Positions 53,558 to 61,799 of a stretch of DNA of 61,799 nt are shown in pieces. Within the stretch, counting starts at the first letter, position 1. Every line of letters begins with the position of its first letter. Position numbers and translations under genes: made by a program. Source of the stretch: Dehalococcoidia bacterium (GTDB lineage Bacteria; Chloroflexota; Dehalococcoidia; Tepidiformales; Tepidiformaceae); NCBI GenBank assembly GCA_023382755.1, contig JAHDWR010000001.1, positions 1-61,799 on the forward strand, written 5' to 3'. The notes below the pieces were generated by a model. That model did no database searches and was not told where the DNA came from. It was given only the letters and a program-made list of their open reading frames with translations.

Positions 53558-54856
53558 CCCCCGCCGATTGCCGTCCAGACTGGCGCCGACTGGGGTGGGA
53601 GCGCGATCCAGCCGGTCCCATGGGAACGCCCCGCCATGCAGCCGGGCAGCAAAGCGCGGGCGAATGCCGGTCCAGCGCAGCGCGCCTTCGCTGAGGCCGA
53701 AGAGGTCGCTGCCGGCTACGGTGTCGCCTTCGAGGCCCGTCACTTCGTAGACGTTCGTGACGACCCGGCGGGCGCCGGCCGGGTCCAGGCGGAGGTGGAC
53801 CACGAGGTCGATCGCTTCCGCGATCATCTCGGTCACTGCCTCGGCGGGCAGCGCCTCCTCGGCCATCATCGCGTACATCCGCAGCTTCGAGAGCGCCTGG
53901 CGCGGGCCGTTGGCGTGGATGGTGCACATCGAGCCTTCGTGCCCGCTGTTCATCGCGGCGAGCATGTCGAGCGCCTCCGCGCCCCGGACCTCACCGACGA
54001 TGATCCGGGTCGGGCGCATGCGCAGAGCGTTCTTCACCAGGCTGCGGATTGGGAAGGCGCCGGCCCCCTCGACGTTTGGCAGCCGGGCCTGCAACGCCAC
54101 GCAGTCGGGGAGGGTCCCCTCAAGGTGGAGTTCGCCCGTCTCCTCGATGGTGACGACCCGCTCCTCCGTCCCTGCGATGGAAGCGCCCAGGGCGTTGAGG
54201 CAGGTTGTCTTGCCGCTGCCGGTCCCGCCCGAGATGAGGATGTTGAGACCCGCCTCGACTGCTGCTTCGAGGAAGGCAGCCGCTTCCTCCGGGAGCGTGT
54301 CGAGCGCGACGAGGTCGGCCAGGCTGCGCGCCCGGAGCAGGAACTTCCTCACGGTCACGTGCGTGTAGCGCGTGGTCAGCGGCGGGATGATAGCGTTCAG
54401 GCGTGAGCCGTCTGGCAGACGCGCGTCCACCAGCGGGCTGGTCTCGTCGAGCCGGCGTCCCAGCCGGCCGACCGCCCGGCGGACGACCCGGAGCAGGTCG
54501 GCGTCGTCTTCGAAGACCACGTCGGTCAGGCGCTTCTGGCCGCGCTCGATGACGAACGTCCTGTGCGGGCCGTTGACGATGATCTCTTCAATTCCGGCGT
54601 CGTCGAGCAGCGGCTGGAGCGGGCCCAGCCCGAGGATCTCGTCGACCAGCCGGTTTGCAAGGCCTTCCGGGTCGGGCAGCGGCGATTCTCCGACCGAGGC
54701 CGCGCGGTGGTTGGCGGCATCGACCAGCCTGCGCACCACCTGCCGGACCTCATCGTGCTCGTCGGCAAGCGCGTCGAACTCGACGACGCGCCGCAGCTCC
54801 TCCCGGACCTCGTCGCGGAGCGTCTGCTCGAGCCGGGATGCGGCCGGGTTGGCCAT
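53546..54856 (-). CDS. tadA: CpaF/TadA secretion ATPase
   Basis: Walker A ILISGGTGSGKTTCLNAL, VVTIEETGEL, RIIVGEVRGAEALDML, GHEGSMCTIHAN. Start MANPAASRLE (54856). Confidence 0.85.
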   Translation of the reverse strand: MANPAASRLEQTLRDEVREELRRVVEFDALADEHDEVRQVVRRLVDAANHRAASVGESPLPDPEGLANRLVDEILGLGPLQPLLDDAGIEEIIVNGPHRTFVIERGQKRLTDVVFEDDADLLRVVRRAVGRLGRRLDETSPLVDARLPDGSRLNAIIPPLTTRYTHVTVRKFLLRARSLADLVALDTLPEEAAAFLEAAVEAGLNILISGGTGSGKTTCLNALGASIAGTEERVVTIEETGELHLEGTLPDCVALQARLPNVEGAGAFPIRSLVKNALRMRPTRIIVGEVRGAEALDMLAAMNSGHEGSMCTIHANGPRQALSKLRMYAMMAEEALPAEAVTEMIAEAIDLVVHLRLDPAGARRVVTNVYEVTGLEGDTVAGSDLFGLSEGALRWTGIRPRFAARLHGGAFPWDRLDRAPTPVGASLDGNRRGLER

Positions 54857-54857
54857 G

Positions 54858-56096
54858 TCACCGCCTCCCCTCGGCCGGCTGGCGGCGCCAGCGGCGCAGC
54901 GCGGACACTTCTTCGGCGGTGGATTGCGCTTCGACGTCACCGGCGCCGGCCAGTCGCGAGGCCAGCTCGGCGATGGTGCGGGCAGCCTTCCCTCCGGCTG
55001 TGATGATTGGGGTCTGGTCCGCCCGCGCGCGCCGCGCTGCCCGCACGTCCTCGGGGATTGCGGCGACCACGCGGATCCCGAGGGCCCGCTCCACCTCCGG
55101 CGCGCCGTAGTGATCGCGTCCGGTGCGACGGTTGACGATCGCGGAGACGGCCTCCGCTGGGACGCCCAGCGACTCGGTCACGAACCGCAACGAAGCACGG
55201 GCATTCCAGAGCCCGAGCAGGTCGGCCGTCGTCACCAGCAGGACGCGCTCGGCCGAGCTGAGGAAGGCTGTTCCGACCGCCGACGTGACGCCGCTGAGGG
55301 TCTCGCCGGCGTCGATGAGGATGACGTCGAAACGCTCCTGCAGCGCGGAGACTGCCCCGGCGATGCGCTCCGGCGCCAGGCGCTCCTGAGCTTCAGGACG
55401 CTCGACACCGGTGAGGATGGAGAAGCCCAGTCCATCCTGGAGCTCGTCGAGAACACGCTCCGGTCGATCGATCGGCCCGGCGCTGAGCCCTGACAAACCA
55501 CGGCGTGGATCGAGGTCGAGGTAGGGGCCAATGGATCCGCCGCGGAGGTCGCCGTCGACCAGCACGATGCTCCTCTTGCTCGCGCCCAGGGTGGCGGCGA
55601 GACCGATGGCAACGGTCGTGGTCCCGGGTGCCCCTTTCCCGCTGACCAGAGCGATGACTTCACCGTCTCCCAGGTAGCCGTGTTCGCCCCGTTCGGGCGT
55701 CGAGAGCCCGTCCGTTGCGACTTGGCTAACCACCGCGCCACGGCGGATGGCCTCATGCAGTGCGGCTATGACGACCGGTCCGTCGCTGGCTGCTGGGAGC
55801 ACGTACGAAAGCCCGGCGTAGGCCTCCGCCTCCGTGGGCCCTGCGAGGAGGACCATCGGTACGCCTGCCTCCCGCACGGCAATGAACGACTCGCCTGTCA
55901 GTCGGTGCAGGCCTGCCGAAGCGAGCACCGCATCGACATTCCCGGCGATCGCCTGTTGAACGAGCGAGGGGCCGTCGAGGCAGCGTCCGGCAATGGTGCA
56001 CCCGCCGTCGCGCAGCGCGGTCAGGAGTTGCCGCTCGCGCTCGGGGTCGCCGATGGCGAGGAGGACACGTGGCGGCCGGTCGCTGGCGTCGCTCAT
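54858..56096 (-). CDS. tadZ: TadZ/CpaE-like protein (receiver-like N-domain plus ParA/MinD-type ATPase)
   Basis: RVLLAIGDPERERQLLTALRDGG...; deviant Walker A VIALVSGKGAPGTTTVAIGLA; VLVDGDLRGG. Confidence 0.75.
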   Translation of the reverse strand: MSDASDRPPRVLLAIGDPERERQLLTALRDGGCTIAGRCLDGPSLVQQAIAGNVDAVLASAGLHRLTGESFIAVREAGVPMVLLAGPTEAEAYAGLSYVLPAASDGPVVIAALHEAIRRGAVVSQVATDGLSTPERGEHGYLGDGEVIALVSGKGAPGTTTVAIGLAATLGASKRSIVLVDGDLRGGSIGPYLDLDPRRGLSGLSAGPIDRPERVLDELQDGLGFSILTGVERPEAQERLAPERIAGAVSALQERFDVILIDAGETLSGVTSAVGTAFLSSAERVLLVTTADLLGLWNARASLRFVTESLGVPAEAVSAIVNRRTGRDHYGAPEVERALGIRVVAAIPEDVRAARRARADQTPIITAGGKAARTIAELASRLAGAGDVEAQSTAEEVSALRRWRRQPAEGRR

Positions 56097-56116
56097 AGCG
56101 TTGCCTCTGAGTTGGG

Positions 56117-56803
56117 TTATGGCTGCAAGCTGGTCTCCTGGGGCGCGAGGAGGACGACGGTGATGGTCGCGTTCGCGACGGCATGGGCGATGGCTTCCGC
56201 TTCGGAACGCGGGACGGCGAGGGTGATGTTGGCGACGGTGGCGCCGTCGTTGGGGTCGTCGGATGCGGTGGTTCGGATCACCCGCCGCTCCAGCCCGATG
56301 GCGAAGACGGTCGCGCGGTCGAGCAGCGTGACGGTCGTGCTCTCTGGTTTGCCGGCGCTGCGGGTTGCCAGCAGGGCAACTTCGTCGGTCGGCCGGAGGC
56401 CGGGATAGATAGTGTCGGCTACGACGGGGATGGTGACGGCAACGTCGTCGGCGCCGAGCACCGGTCCAGCCGCGAGGTCGGGGTGTACCACCATCTCACC
56501 GGCGTGGATCGTTGTGCTCGTTGTGCGGCCCACCGCTGCGTCCAGATCCGCTTCTGACAGCGCCATCGACGCGAGGCTGCCGTCGAGACGCGCTTCACCA
56601 ACGGTCAGGTCGTCGCGCTGGATGACGTGGCCGGGAGGGATGTCCCTCGCTGCGATCAGGATCGGCGTCGTATCCGTAGCGCTCCGCCAGAGGAGCAGCC
56701 CGCCAGCCAGCGATACCACAACGAGCAGGATGCCTGCCAGCATCCTGCGGTCTACACGAACGGGAAACGCGACGTCGGCCCGGCGTCTTAGGCCGGGCAG
56801 CAC
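56117..56803 (-). CDS. cpaB: CpaB/RcpC-like Flp pilus assembly protein (SAF domain)
   Basis: RRMLAGILLVVVSLAGGLLLW (TM), then ILIAARDIPPGHVIQRDDLT. Start uncertain: GTG at 56803 or 56809, or ATG at 56743. Confidence 0.65.
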   Translation of the reverse strand: MLPGLRRRADVAFPVRVDRRMLAGILLVVVSLAGGLLLWRSATDTTPILIAARDIPPGHVIQRDDLTVGEARLDGSLASMALSEADLDAAVGRTTSTTIHAGEMVVHPDLAAGPVLGADDVAVTIPVVADTIYPGLRPTDEVALLATRSAGKPESTTVTLLDRATVFAIGLERRVIRTTASDDPNDGATVANITLAVPRSEAEAIAHAVANATITVVLLAPQETSLQP

Positions 56804-57106
56804 CGCCACGGATCGGTCTCCGTCTGCACCTGAGCGACCCCTGCACTGTGACTCCAGGGAGCGCCCTGGTGCCCGCCAGAGTGCCATAACGGGCGACCCC
56901 GCGAGGCCAATCTTTTCCCGGCGTTAAAGAGATCGCAACGTCCCGGGCGAGAATTTACAACCGTTTCACAATCCTGCCGCAGCCGTTTTTCAAGGGTTAA
57001 GGAGGCACGCTTGCGACGGGGTTTAGGGGCTCCCGAAGATCTCGCCTGGAGCGGTCTCACCGCGCCCCGGCAGGGCGGAACCGGTCTCACAAGCCGTGCG
57101 AGTCCA

Positions 57107-59101
57107 TCACGCCCGGATAACCCGTAGTCCGTTGGCGACGGCCAGGAGTTCACTCCCCTCGTGAGCTGTGACGGCCACCGCAACGGTTAGCAACCCAAGA
57201 CCTGCGCCCGGGATTAGCAGGGCAAGGAGCGTCAGCGAAAAGGCGATGTTCTGGCGGGATATTCGTCGCGCGCCTCCTCCCAGCCGAAGTGCATACGCCG
57301 CTTGCTCGAGGTCGTCCGCCATCAGCGCAACGTCGGCTGCTTCTATTGCGGCGTCCGAGCCTGCAGTTCCCATCGCGATACCAACGGTCGCCTCGGCGAG
57401 GGCCGGGGCGTCGTTGACACCGTCACCTACCATCGCCACGCCGCCATATTGTTTCTTCAGCTCTTTCAGAGCAGCCACCTTATCCTCGGGCTTCAGGCCC
57501 GCCCGTACATCGTCGATCCCGAGCTCGGCCGCGATTGCGTTCGCCGTCCGGGCGTGGTCACCGGTCAGCATCACGACTCGCTGGATGCCCGCCCGATGGA
57601 AGGCCTCGATCGCCTTCCGGGCGTTGGGGCGCACCTCGTCGCGCAACGCGAGGAGCGCGAGCGCTTCGCTGCGCGTCCCGACGACCACCACAGTCTTGCC
57701 TTGCTCCTGCAACTGCGCCGCCAGCGATGACGCCTCCCCGAGACCGGCGCCGAGCTGATCGAATAGTCCCACGCTCCCGATGTGGATTTCACGGCCCTCG
57801 ACCATGGCACGAGCGCCCGCCCCTGTGAGGGCCAGGAATTCCGAGGATCCGGGCAGGTCGAGTCCACGGGCACGCGCCGCCTCCACAACGGCACGCGCCA
57901 AGGGATGCTCGGAGAAGTGCTCCACGGCAGCAGCCAGGCGCAAAGACTCGTCTTCAGTGGCGTTGGCAAGCGGGATCACGTCGGTAACCGCGGGCTTGCC
58001 ATGCGTCAGCGTTCCCGTCTTGTCGAACGCGATCACCTTGATGCTGCCGAGATTCTCGAGGTGCATGCCTCCCTTGATGAGAACTCCACGGCGGCCGGCG
58101 GTGCCGATGCCCGCGGCCATCGCGACCGGCGTGCTCATAACCAGAGCGCAGGGAGCGCCCGCCACGAGCAGCGTTATGGCCCTTGTCCGCCACTCGGAGC
58201 CGTCCGCACCGAGGAGTTGCGGCACCACCGCGACGGCAACGGCAGCCAGGAGCAGAGCGGGGCTGTACACGCGGCCGAAGCGTTCGATAAACCGTTGCGC
58301 GCGGCCCTTCTGTTCCTGCGCCTCCTCTACAAGGTGGATGATCTTTGAGAGCGTGTTGTCGGCGAAGGCATGGGTCACCTCAATCTGTATTGCGCCCTGG
58401 GCATTCAAAGTTCCCGCGAAGACCTTGTCGCCTTCTGCCTTATCGACCGGTACGCTCTCCCCCGTTACCGCGGCCTCGTTCACGCTGGATCGACCGGCCC
58501 GGATCACCCCGTCGGTGGCGATGCCCTCGCCCGGCCGGACAACGAACACATCACCGGGCTGAAGGTCGCTCGCCGGCATGACTTGTTCGACTCCATCCCG
58601 CAGCACTCGCGCTTCCTTGGGTGCGAGGTCGAGCAACGTACGAATCGCCGACCGGGTGCGAACAAAGGTGAACGACTCGATCGCCTCGGCGCCGCCGTAG
58701 AGGAACACCAGAAAAGCGGCTTCTTCCCATGCCCCCAGCGCGGCGGCCCCGGCCGTCGCGGATGCCATGAGGAACTCGATGCCGATCTCCCTGCAATGGA
58801 TGAGCTCCTCAAACCCTTCCTTGAGCCACCAGTAGCCGGCGAACGGCATCGACAGCAGATAGAGGCCAATGGCGACTGGCTGCTCGACGACGCCGGAGCG
58901 TTCAAGGGCGAATGTCAGTGCCAGGAGCGCGCCCGATAGCGTTGCGCCAAGGATGGGCGGGTAGCGCCACCAGTGCCCGCGGAACGTCTCCCCACGTTCT
59001 TCTCCCCCTTCGTCGATCCGCCGGCGCGCGTCGTTCTCGGCGATGGCAAGCACGGCACGGCCGTCCTTCGGCTCCGTCCGTCCACCCGGTGTTGTACTCA
59101 T
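57107..59101 (-). CDS. Heavy-metal P1B-type ATPase without an obvious N-terminal metal-binding domain; the TM metal motif is APC
   Basis: FDKTGTLTHGKP, MLTGDHARTA, MVGDGVNDAPALA, TM6 LLVAGAPCALVMSTP. Confidence 0.85.
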   Translation of the reverse strand: MSTTPGGRTEPKDGRAVLAIAENDARRRIDEGGEERGETFRGHWWRYPPILGATLSGALLALTFALERSGVVEQPVAIGLYLLSMPFAGYWWLKEGFEELIHCREIGIEFLMASATAGAAALGAWEEAAFLVFLYGGAEAIESFTFVRTRSAIRTLLDLAPKEARVLRDGVEQVMPASDLQPGDVFVVRPGEGIATDGVIRAGRSSVNEAAVTGESVPVDKAEGDKVFAGTLNAQGAIQIEVTHAFADNTLSKIIHLVEEAQEQKGRAQRFIERFGRVYSPALLLAAVAVAVVPQLLGADGSEWRTRAITLLVAGAPCALVMSTPVAMAAGIGTAGRRGVLIKGGMHLENLGSIKVIAFDKTGTLTHGKPAVTDVIPLANATEDESLRLAAAVEHFSEHPLARAVVEAARARGLDLPGSSEFLALTGAGARAMVEGREIHIGSVGLFDQLGAGLGEASSLAAQLQEQGKTVVVVGTRSEALALLALRDEVRPNARKAIEAFHRAGIQRVVMLTGDHARTANAIAAELGIDDVRAGLKPEDKVAALKELKKQYGGVAMVGDGVNDAPALAEATVGIAMGTAGSDAAIEAADVALMADDLEQAAYALRLGGGARRISRQNIAFSLTLLALLIPGAGLGLLTVAVAVTAHEGSELLAVANGLRVIRA

Positions 59102-59151
59102 TGTGCTCTCTCCCGTTGGCGTCGTAGAAGGTTGTCCTCAGCGACTGAACC

Positions 59152-59183
59152 GCTATCATTTCAGTGAGAGCTGAAATGATAGC
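59152..59183. promoter_or_regulatory. Perfect 13-6-13 inverted repeat; putative ArsR/SmtB operator in the divergent promoter
   Basis: GCTATCATTTCAG-TGAGAG-CTGAAATGATAGC between the ATPase start (59101) and the arsR-like start (59203). Confidence 0.6.
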
Positions 59184-59202
59184 CGGGAAGAGGAGCACCG
59201 TC

Positions 59203-59616
59203 ATGCCGCACGTCGATCCGGCCAGTCAAGCCAAGCTCTTTCGCGGGCTCGCCGATCCCGCTCGCCTGACTCTGCTCCTCGCCCTGAGGCACGGGCCGTG
59301 CTCCGCAGGCGAGCTTGCCCGCGACTGTTCGCTCAGCGCCTCGAACGCGTCCAACCATCTCCAATGCCTTCTTGAATGCGGGCTTGTTGCAGTGGAGGCG
59401 CAGGGGCGTCACAACCTCTATTCGCTGGCCGACCCGCTGATTGCCGGGCTTCTCGAGATAAGCGAACGGATCGTGGGTGGGCCTGCCGGGGTACTCATTG
59501 AGGCGTGTCGCAACTATGGCGCGCCGTCGCGACGGAGCCTCCGAGTGACGGGGGCGGAGCCGAGGGTAGTGGCCGGCAAGGTGGTGGCTCCACGCGCCGT
59601 AGCGAGTCGCTCGTGA
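59203..59616 (+). CDS. ArsR/SmtB-family metalloregulator
   Basis: KLFRGLADPARLTLLLALRHGPCSAGELARDCSLSASNASNHLQCLLECGLV. Start MPHVDP is assumed; the track start is 59164. Confidence 0.75.
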   Translation: MPHVDPASQAKLFRGLADPARLTLLLALRHGPCSAGELARDCSLSASNASNHLQCLLECGLVAVEAQGRHNLYSLADPLIAGLLEISERIVGGPAGVLIEACRNYGAPSRRSLRVTGAEPRVVAGKVVAPRAVASRS

Positions 59617-60611
59617 CGGGCCACGTAGGCGCCAGCGCCGTCACGCCTGCGACGGTGGACGGTCAGAATGCGCCTGCGATCCGGACTCGCGGACTGACCA
59701 AGTCCTACGGTGAGCGGCGCGGGGTCTTCGACCTCGACCTCGAAGTCCGCCAGGGCGAGATCTTCGGCTTCCTCGGCCCGAACGGGGCGGGGAAGACCGT
59801 CACCATCCGGCTGCTCCTCGATTTGATCCGCCCGCAGCGCGGCCGCGCCGAGGTCTTCGGACTCGATAGCAGGCGAGATGCGGTGGCCATCCACCGAGGG
59901 GTCGGTTACCTGCCGGGCGAGTTGGCGCTGGAGCCCCGGCTCACAGGGCGGCAGATTCTCACGTACCTCGGCAATCTCCGTGGAGGCGTGGAGTGGTCGT
60001 TCGTCGAGCAGTTGGCTGGAAGGCTGGAGTTGAATCTCGAGCAACGCTTCGGCGAATACTCGCGCGGCAACAAGCAGAAGGTGGGGCTCGTGCAGGCATT
60101 CATGCACCGTCCGCGGTTGCTCGTACTCGACGAACCAACCAGCGGCCTGGACCCGTTGCACCAGGAGACGGTGACAGAACTTGTGCGCGAGGCACGAGAC
60201 GAGGCCGGCAGCACAGTTTTCTTCTCTTCGCACATCCTCAGCGAGGTGCAGTCTCTCTGCGAGCGTGTGGGTTTCATCCGCGAGGGCCGACTCGCGCAGT
60301 TGGGCCCCGTCGACGAGTTACCTGGCATGAACTCATACACGGTCGAGGCCGAGCTTGGCGGGACGCTGCCGCCGGAAACCATCTCCTCGATCGAGGGCGT
60401 TTCCAACGTAAAGGTCGATGGGAGCTCGGTGAGCTGCACGGTGCGCGGCGACATGGCCCCGCTCATCCAGGCGCTCGCGCCCTACGAACCCCACCGGCTC
60501 GTCAGCAGGGAGCCCAGCCTTAGCGAACTGTTCTTGCACCTCTACGGGGTAACGGGTCGAGAGGAAGAAGACGGGGCGACGGGCGAGCCGACGCCAGCCG
60601 TGGGGGAATGA
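59613..60611 (+). CDS. ABC transporter ATP-binding protein (ABC-2/DrrA-like)
   Basis: GFLGPNGAGKTVT (Walker A), YSRGNKQKVGLVQAF (signature), LLVLDEPTSGLD (Walker B). The GTG at 59613 overlaps the arsR stop (GTGA). Confidence 0.8.
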   Translation: MTGHVGASAVTPATVDGQNAPAIRTRGLTKSYGERRGVFDLDLEVRQGEIFGFLGPNGAGKTVTIRLLLDLIRPQRGRAEVFGLDSRRDAVAIHRGVGYLPGELALEPRLTGRQILTYLGNLRGGVEWSFVEQLAGRLELNLEQRFGEYSRGNKQKVGLVQAFMHRPRLLVLDEPTSGLDPLHQETVTELVREARDEAGSTVFFSSHILSEVQSLCERVGFIREGRLAQLGPVDELPGMNSYTVEAELGGTLPPETISSIEGVSNVKVDGSSVSCTVRGDMAPLIQALAPYEPHRLVSREPSLSELFLHLYGVTGREEEDGATGEPTPAVGE

Positions 60612-60614
60612 CGG

Positions 60615-60887
60615 ATGCGGTGCCCAAAGGATCAGACAACCCTCAGGAAGCGAGAGCGAGGGACAAGTGCCGGAGTTGTCTTCGTATTGGACGTGTGTCC
60701 GACATGCGGCGGCATTTGGCTCGACAAAGGAGAACTGGAGCGATTCAGCGTTGCGGAGGGCCGCTACTACCTGAGACGCCACAGAGATCGTGAAGAGGAG
60801 GCCGATCGCAGGAGCTTCGACCAACGCGGGGGCCGTTGGGGCCGACGCGGATTTCTCGGCAGGCTCTTCGGTCGGGACGATCACTGA
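60615..60887 (+). CDS. TFIIB-type zinc-ribbon protein with an Arg/Gly-rich tail
   Basis: MRCPKDQTTL...LDVCPTCGGIWLDKGELERF (CPxx...CPxCxGxWxDxxE). Confidence 0.6.
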   Translation: MRCPKDQTTLRKRERGTSAGVVFVLDVCPTCGGIWLDKGELERFSVAEGRYYLRRHRDREEEADRRSFDQRGGRWGRRGFLGRLFGRDDH

Positions 60888-60934
60888 GCTCTCCCGTCGA
60901 GCAACGCTGTCACGCTTTCGTGAGGGGCCACAGC

Positions 60935-61799
60935 ATGTTCCGATCCATCACTCTCGCCACGTTTCGCAACCAGCGCCGGGCCGCGGTGGCCTGGGGGGTG
61001 GCGCTCGCGCTCTTTACCCTGTTCACGATGTGGACCAACTGGCGCCGCGAGTACCCAACCGAGGAAGCCAGGCAGCGGCTGGCCGAACAGGTGGACGGTG
61101 GTGGCCTCGCGTTCGCACAGGTCATCTGGGGGGAGCCGAAGCGCATCGACGAGTTCGCCGGCCACCTGGAGTGGCGTGTCACCGGGCTCTACCCTCTCCT
61201 GCTCGGACTGTTCATGGTCTTTGCCGCCAGTGCCGTCAGCCGCGGGGCCGAGGAGCGGGGTGAGCTCGACGTGGTACTGAGCGTACCGCGCGGGCGGGTG
61301 CGATTGATTGTGGAGCAATACGCCGGTCTCGCCTTGGCGTTGCTCATGGCCTGCCTGTTTGTCTGGGTTTCGCTGCTCTTGTCGGGGCCGGTTGCGGGTG
61401 AGCCCGTCCCGCCAGCAGGCCGAGCGTCGCTTTCTATCCTGAACCTTGGCCTCGCTGCTGCGCTTTTCGCGTCCCTGACCCTGCTCCTCAGCCAGTTTGT
61501 CCGCTCGCGCCGCGCTGCCGCGACGGCGGCAGGCGCCATCCTCGTGGCTTCCTTCCTGTGGTCCAACCTGGGCCTCGTGGCGACGTCGCTCGAAAGGTGG
61601 CGCTGGCTCTCGCCCCTTTACCTCGCCGGCCGTAGCACCCCTCTCGCGGACGGCCACGTCTCCATTGCCGGGCTTGCGCTGACGGCCGCATTTACGGTCG
61701 CGAGCCTGGCGGTTGCCTGCTGGCTGTTTGCCCGGCGCGACGCAGGGGCCGTCGTGCCGATCCCCTGGCCTGCGTTCGCCAGGCGCGTATTGAGGGGTC
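60935..61799 (+). CDS. ABC-2-type permease; the 3' end runs off the right edge of the window
   Basis: Not in the track (no stop). My own translation from ATG 60935 gives MFRSITLATFRNQRRAAVAWGVALALFTLFTMW... with several further hydrophobic helices (LYPLLLGLFMVFAA, LALALLMACLFVWVSLLL, LGLAAALFASLTLLL). Confidence 0.65.
   Translation, partial: MFRSITLATFRNQRRAAVAWGVALALFTLFTMWTNWRREYPTEEARQRLAEQVDGGGLAFAQVIWGEPKRIDEFAGHLEWRVTGLYPLLLGLFMVFAASAVSRGAEERGELDVVLSVPRGRVRLIVEQYAGLALALLMACLFVWVSLLLSGPVAGEPVPPAGRASLSILNLGLAAALFASLTLLLSQFVRSRRAAATAAGAILVASFLWSNLGLVATSLERWRWLSPLYLAGRSTPLADGHVSIAGLALTAAFTVASLAVACWLFARRDAGAVVPIPWPAFARRVLRG

Noticed and set aside
52531-53652. The long N-terminal extension of the tadB ORF (to 53652) and the ORFs 53255-53536 and 53379-53927, all covering the heptamer array
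   Set aside because: The extension translates the repeats into implausible sequence (WNEW..NWNY). A good ATG with GGGAGG at 53388 starts directly at the TM helix typical of TadB.
56904-56992. Possible degenerate heptamers upstream of cpaB (AGGCCAA, GTTAAAG, TTTACAA, GTTTCAC, TTTTCAA)
   Set aside because: The matches are poor and the spacings (for example 40, 21, 32) are not consistently phased. They cannot be distinguished from chance.
1-61799. Search for tRNA, rRNA, CRISPR arrays, IS elements with terminal inverted repeats, and ICE att direct repeats
   Set aside because: The intergenic gaps I inspected (9.5-10.1, 13.4-13.7, 16.6-17.0, 19.9-20.0, 25.0-25.5, 28.6-28.7, 44.6-44.8 and 56.9-57.1 kb) show no cloverleaf-like or repeat-spacer structure. 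att sites cannot be called because the integrase-proximal end lies outside the window. This was a by-eye search, not an exhaustive one.

Overview
High-GC (about 65-70 %) bacterial DNA with monoderm-type conjugation genes. It looks Actinomycetota- or Chloroflexota-like, but the taxon cannot be fixed from sequence alone. No rRNA, tRNA or CRISPR array was seen.

**Layout, left to right**
- **1-16.6 kb:** backbone of an integrative-conjugative element (ICE). It carries a tyrosine integrase cut by the window edge, an excisionase, a replication-relaxation protein, a coupling-protein-like ATPase, a primase, a split VirB4, and PrgI/VirB3-like, VirB6-like, VirB1-like hydrolase and VirB2-like pilin genes. 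A Gabija gajA-gajB pair sits between the two divergent ICE operons.
- **17-19.9 kb:** a Bil-type ubiquitin-like conjugation operon (Ubl, E2, JAB, E1).
- **20-25 kb:** an uncharacterised three-gene operon: sigma-70-like factor, HTH protein, and an ImmA-peptidase/UvrD-helicase/Cas4-like-nuclease fusion.
- **25.5-28.6 kb:** two glycosyltransferase genes.
- **28.7-44.6 kb:** a large five-gene operon. Its core is a DUF499 ATPase, a DUF1156 methylase and an SNF2/DUF3883 helicase. It is expanded by a 1398-aa sacsin/NOV-type GHKL ATPase, a PRTase-like protein and a NADAR domain fused to the methylase. This is my best candidate for an undescribed system.
- **44.8-45.6 kb:** a solo HEPN (TIGR02391-like) gene.
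- **45.6-56.8 kb:** a Tad/Flp pilus locus that ends in a membrane-anchored LysM-SARP regulator.
- **57-61.8 kb:** a metal P-type ATPase with ArsR, and an ABC-2 transporter.

**Most striking non-coding signal:** three arrays of the heptamer GTTCCAA, 18 copies in total, phased at about 11/22 bp. They lie in front of both ICE operons and inside the tad operon. This is the architecture SARP regulators are known to bind.
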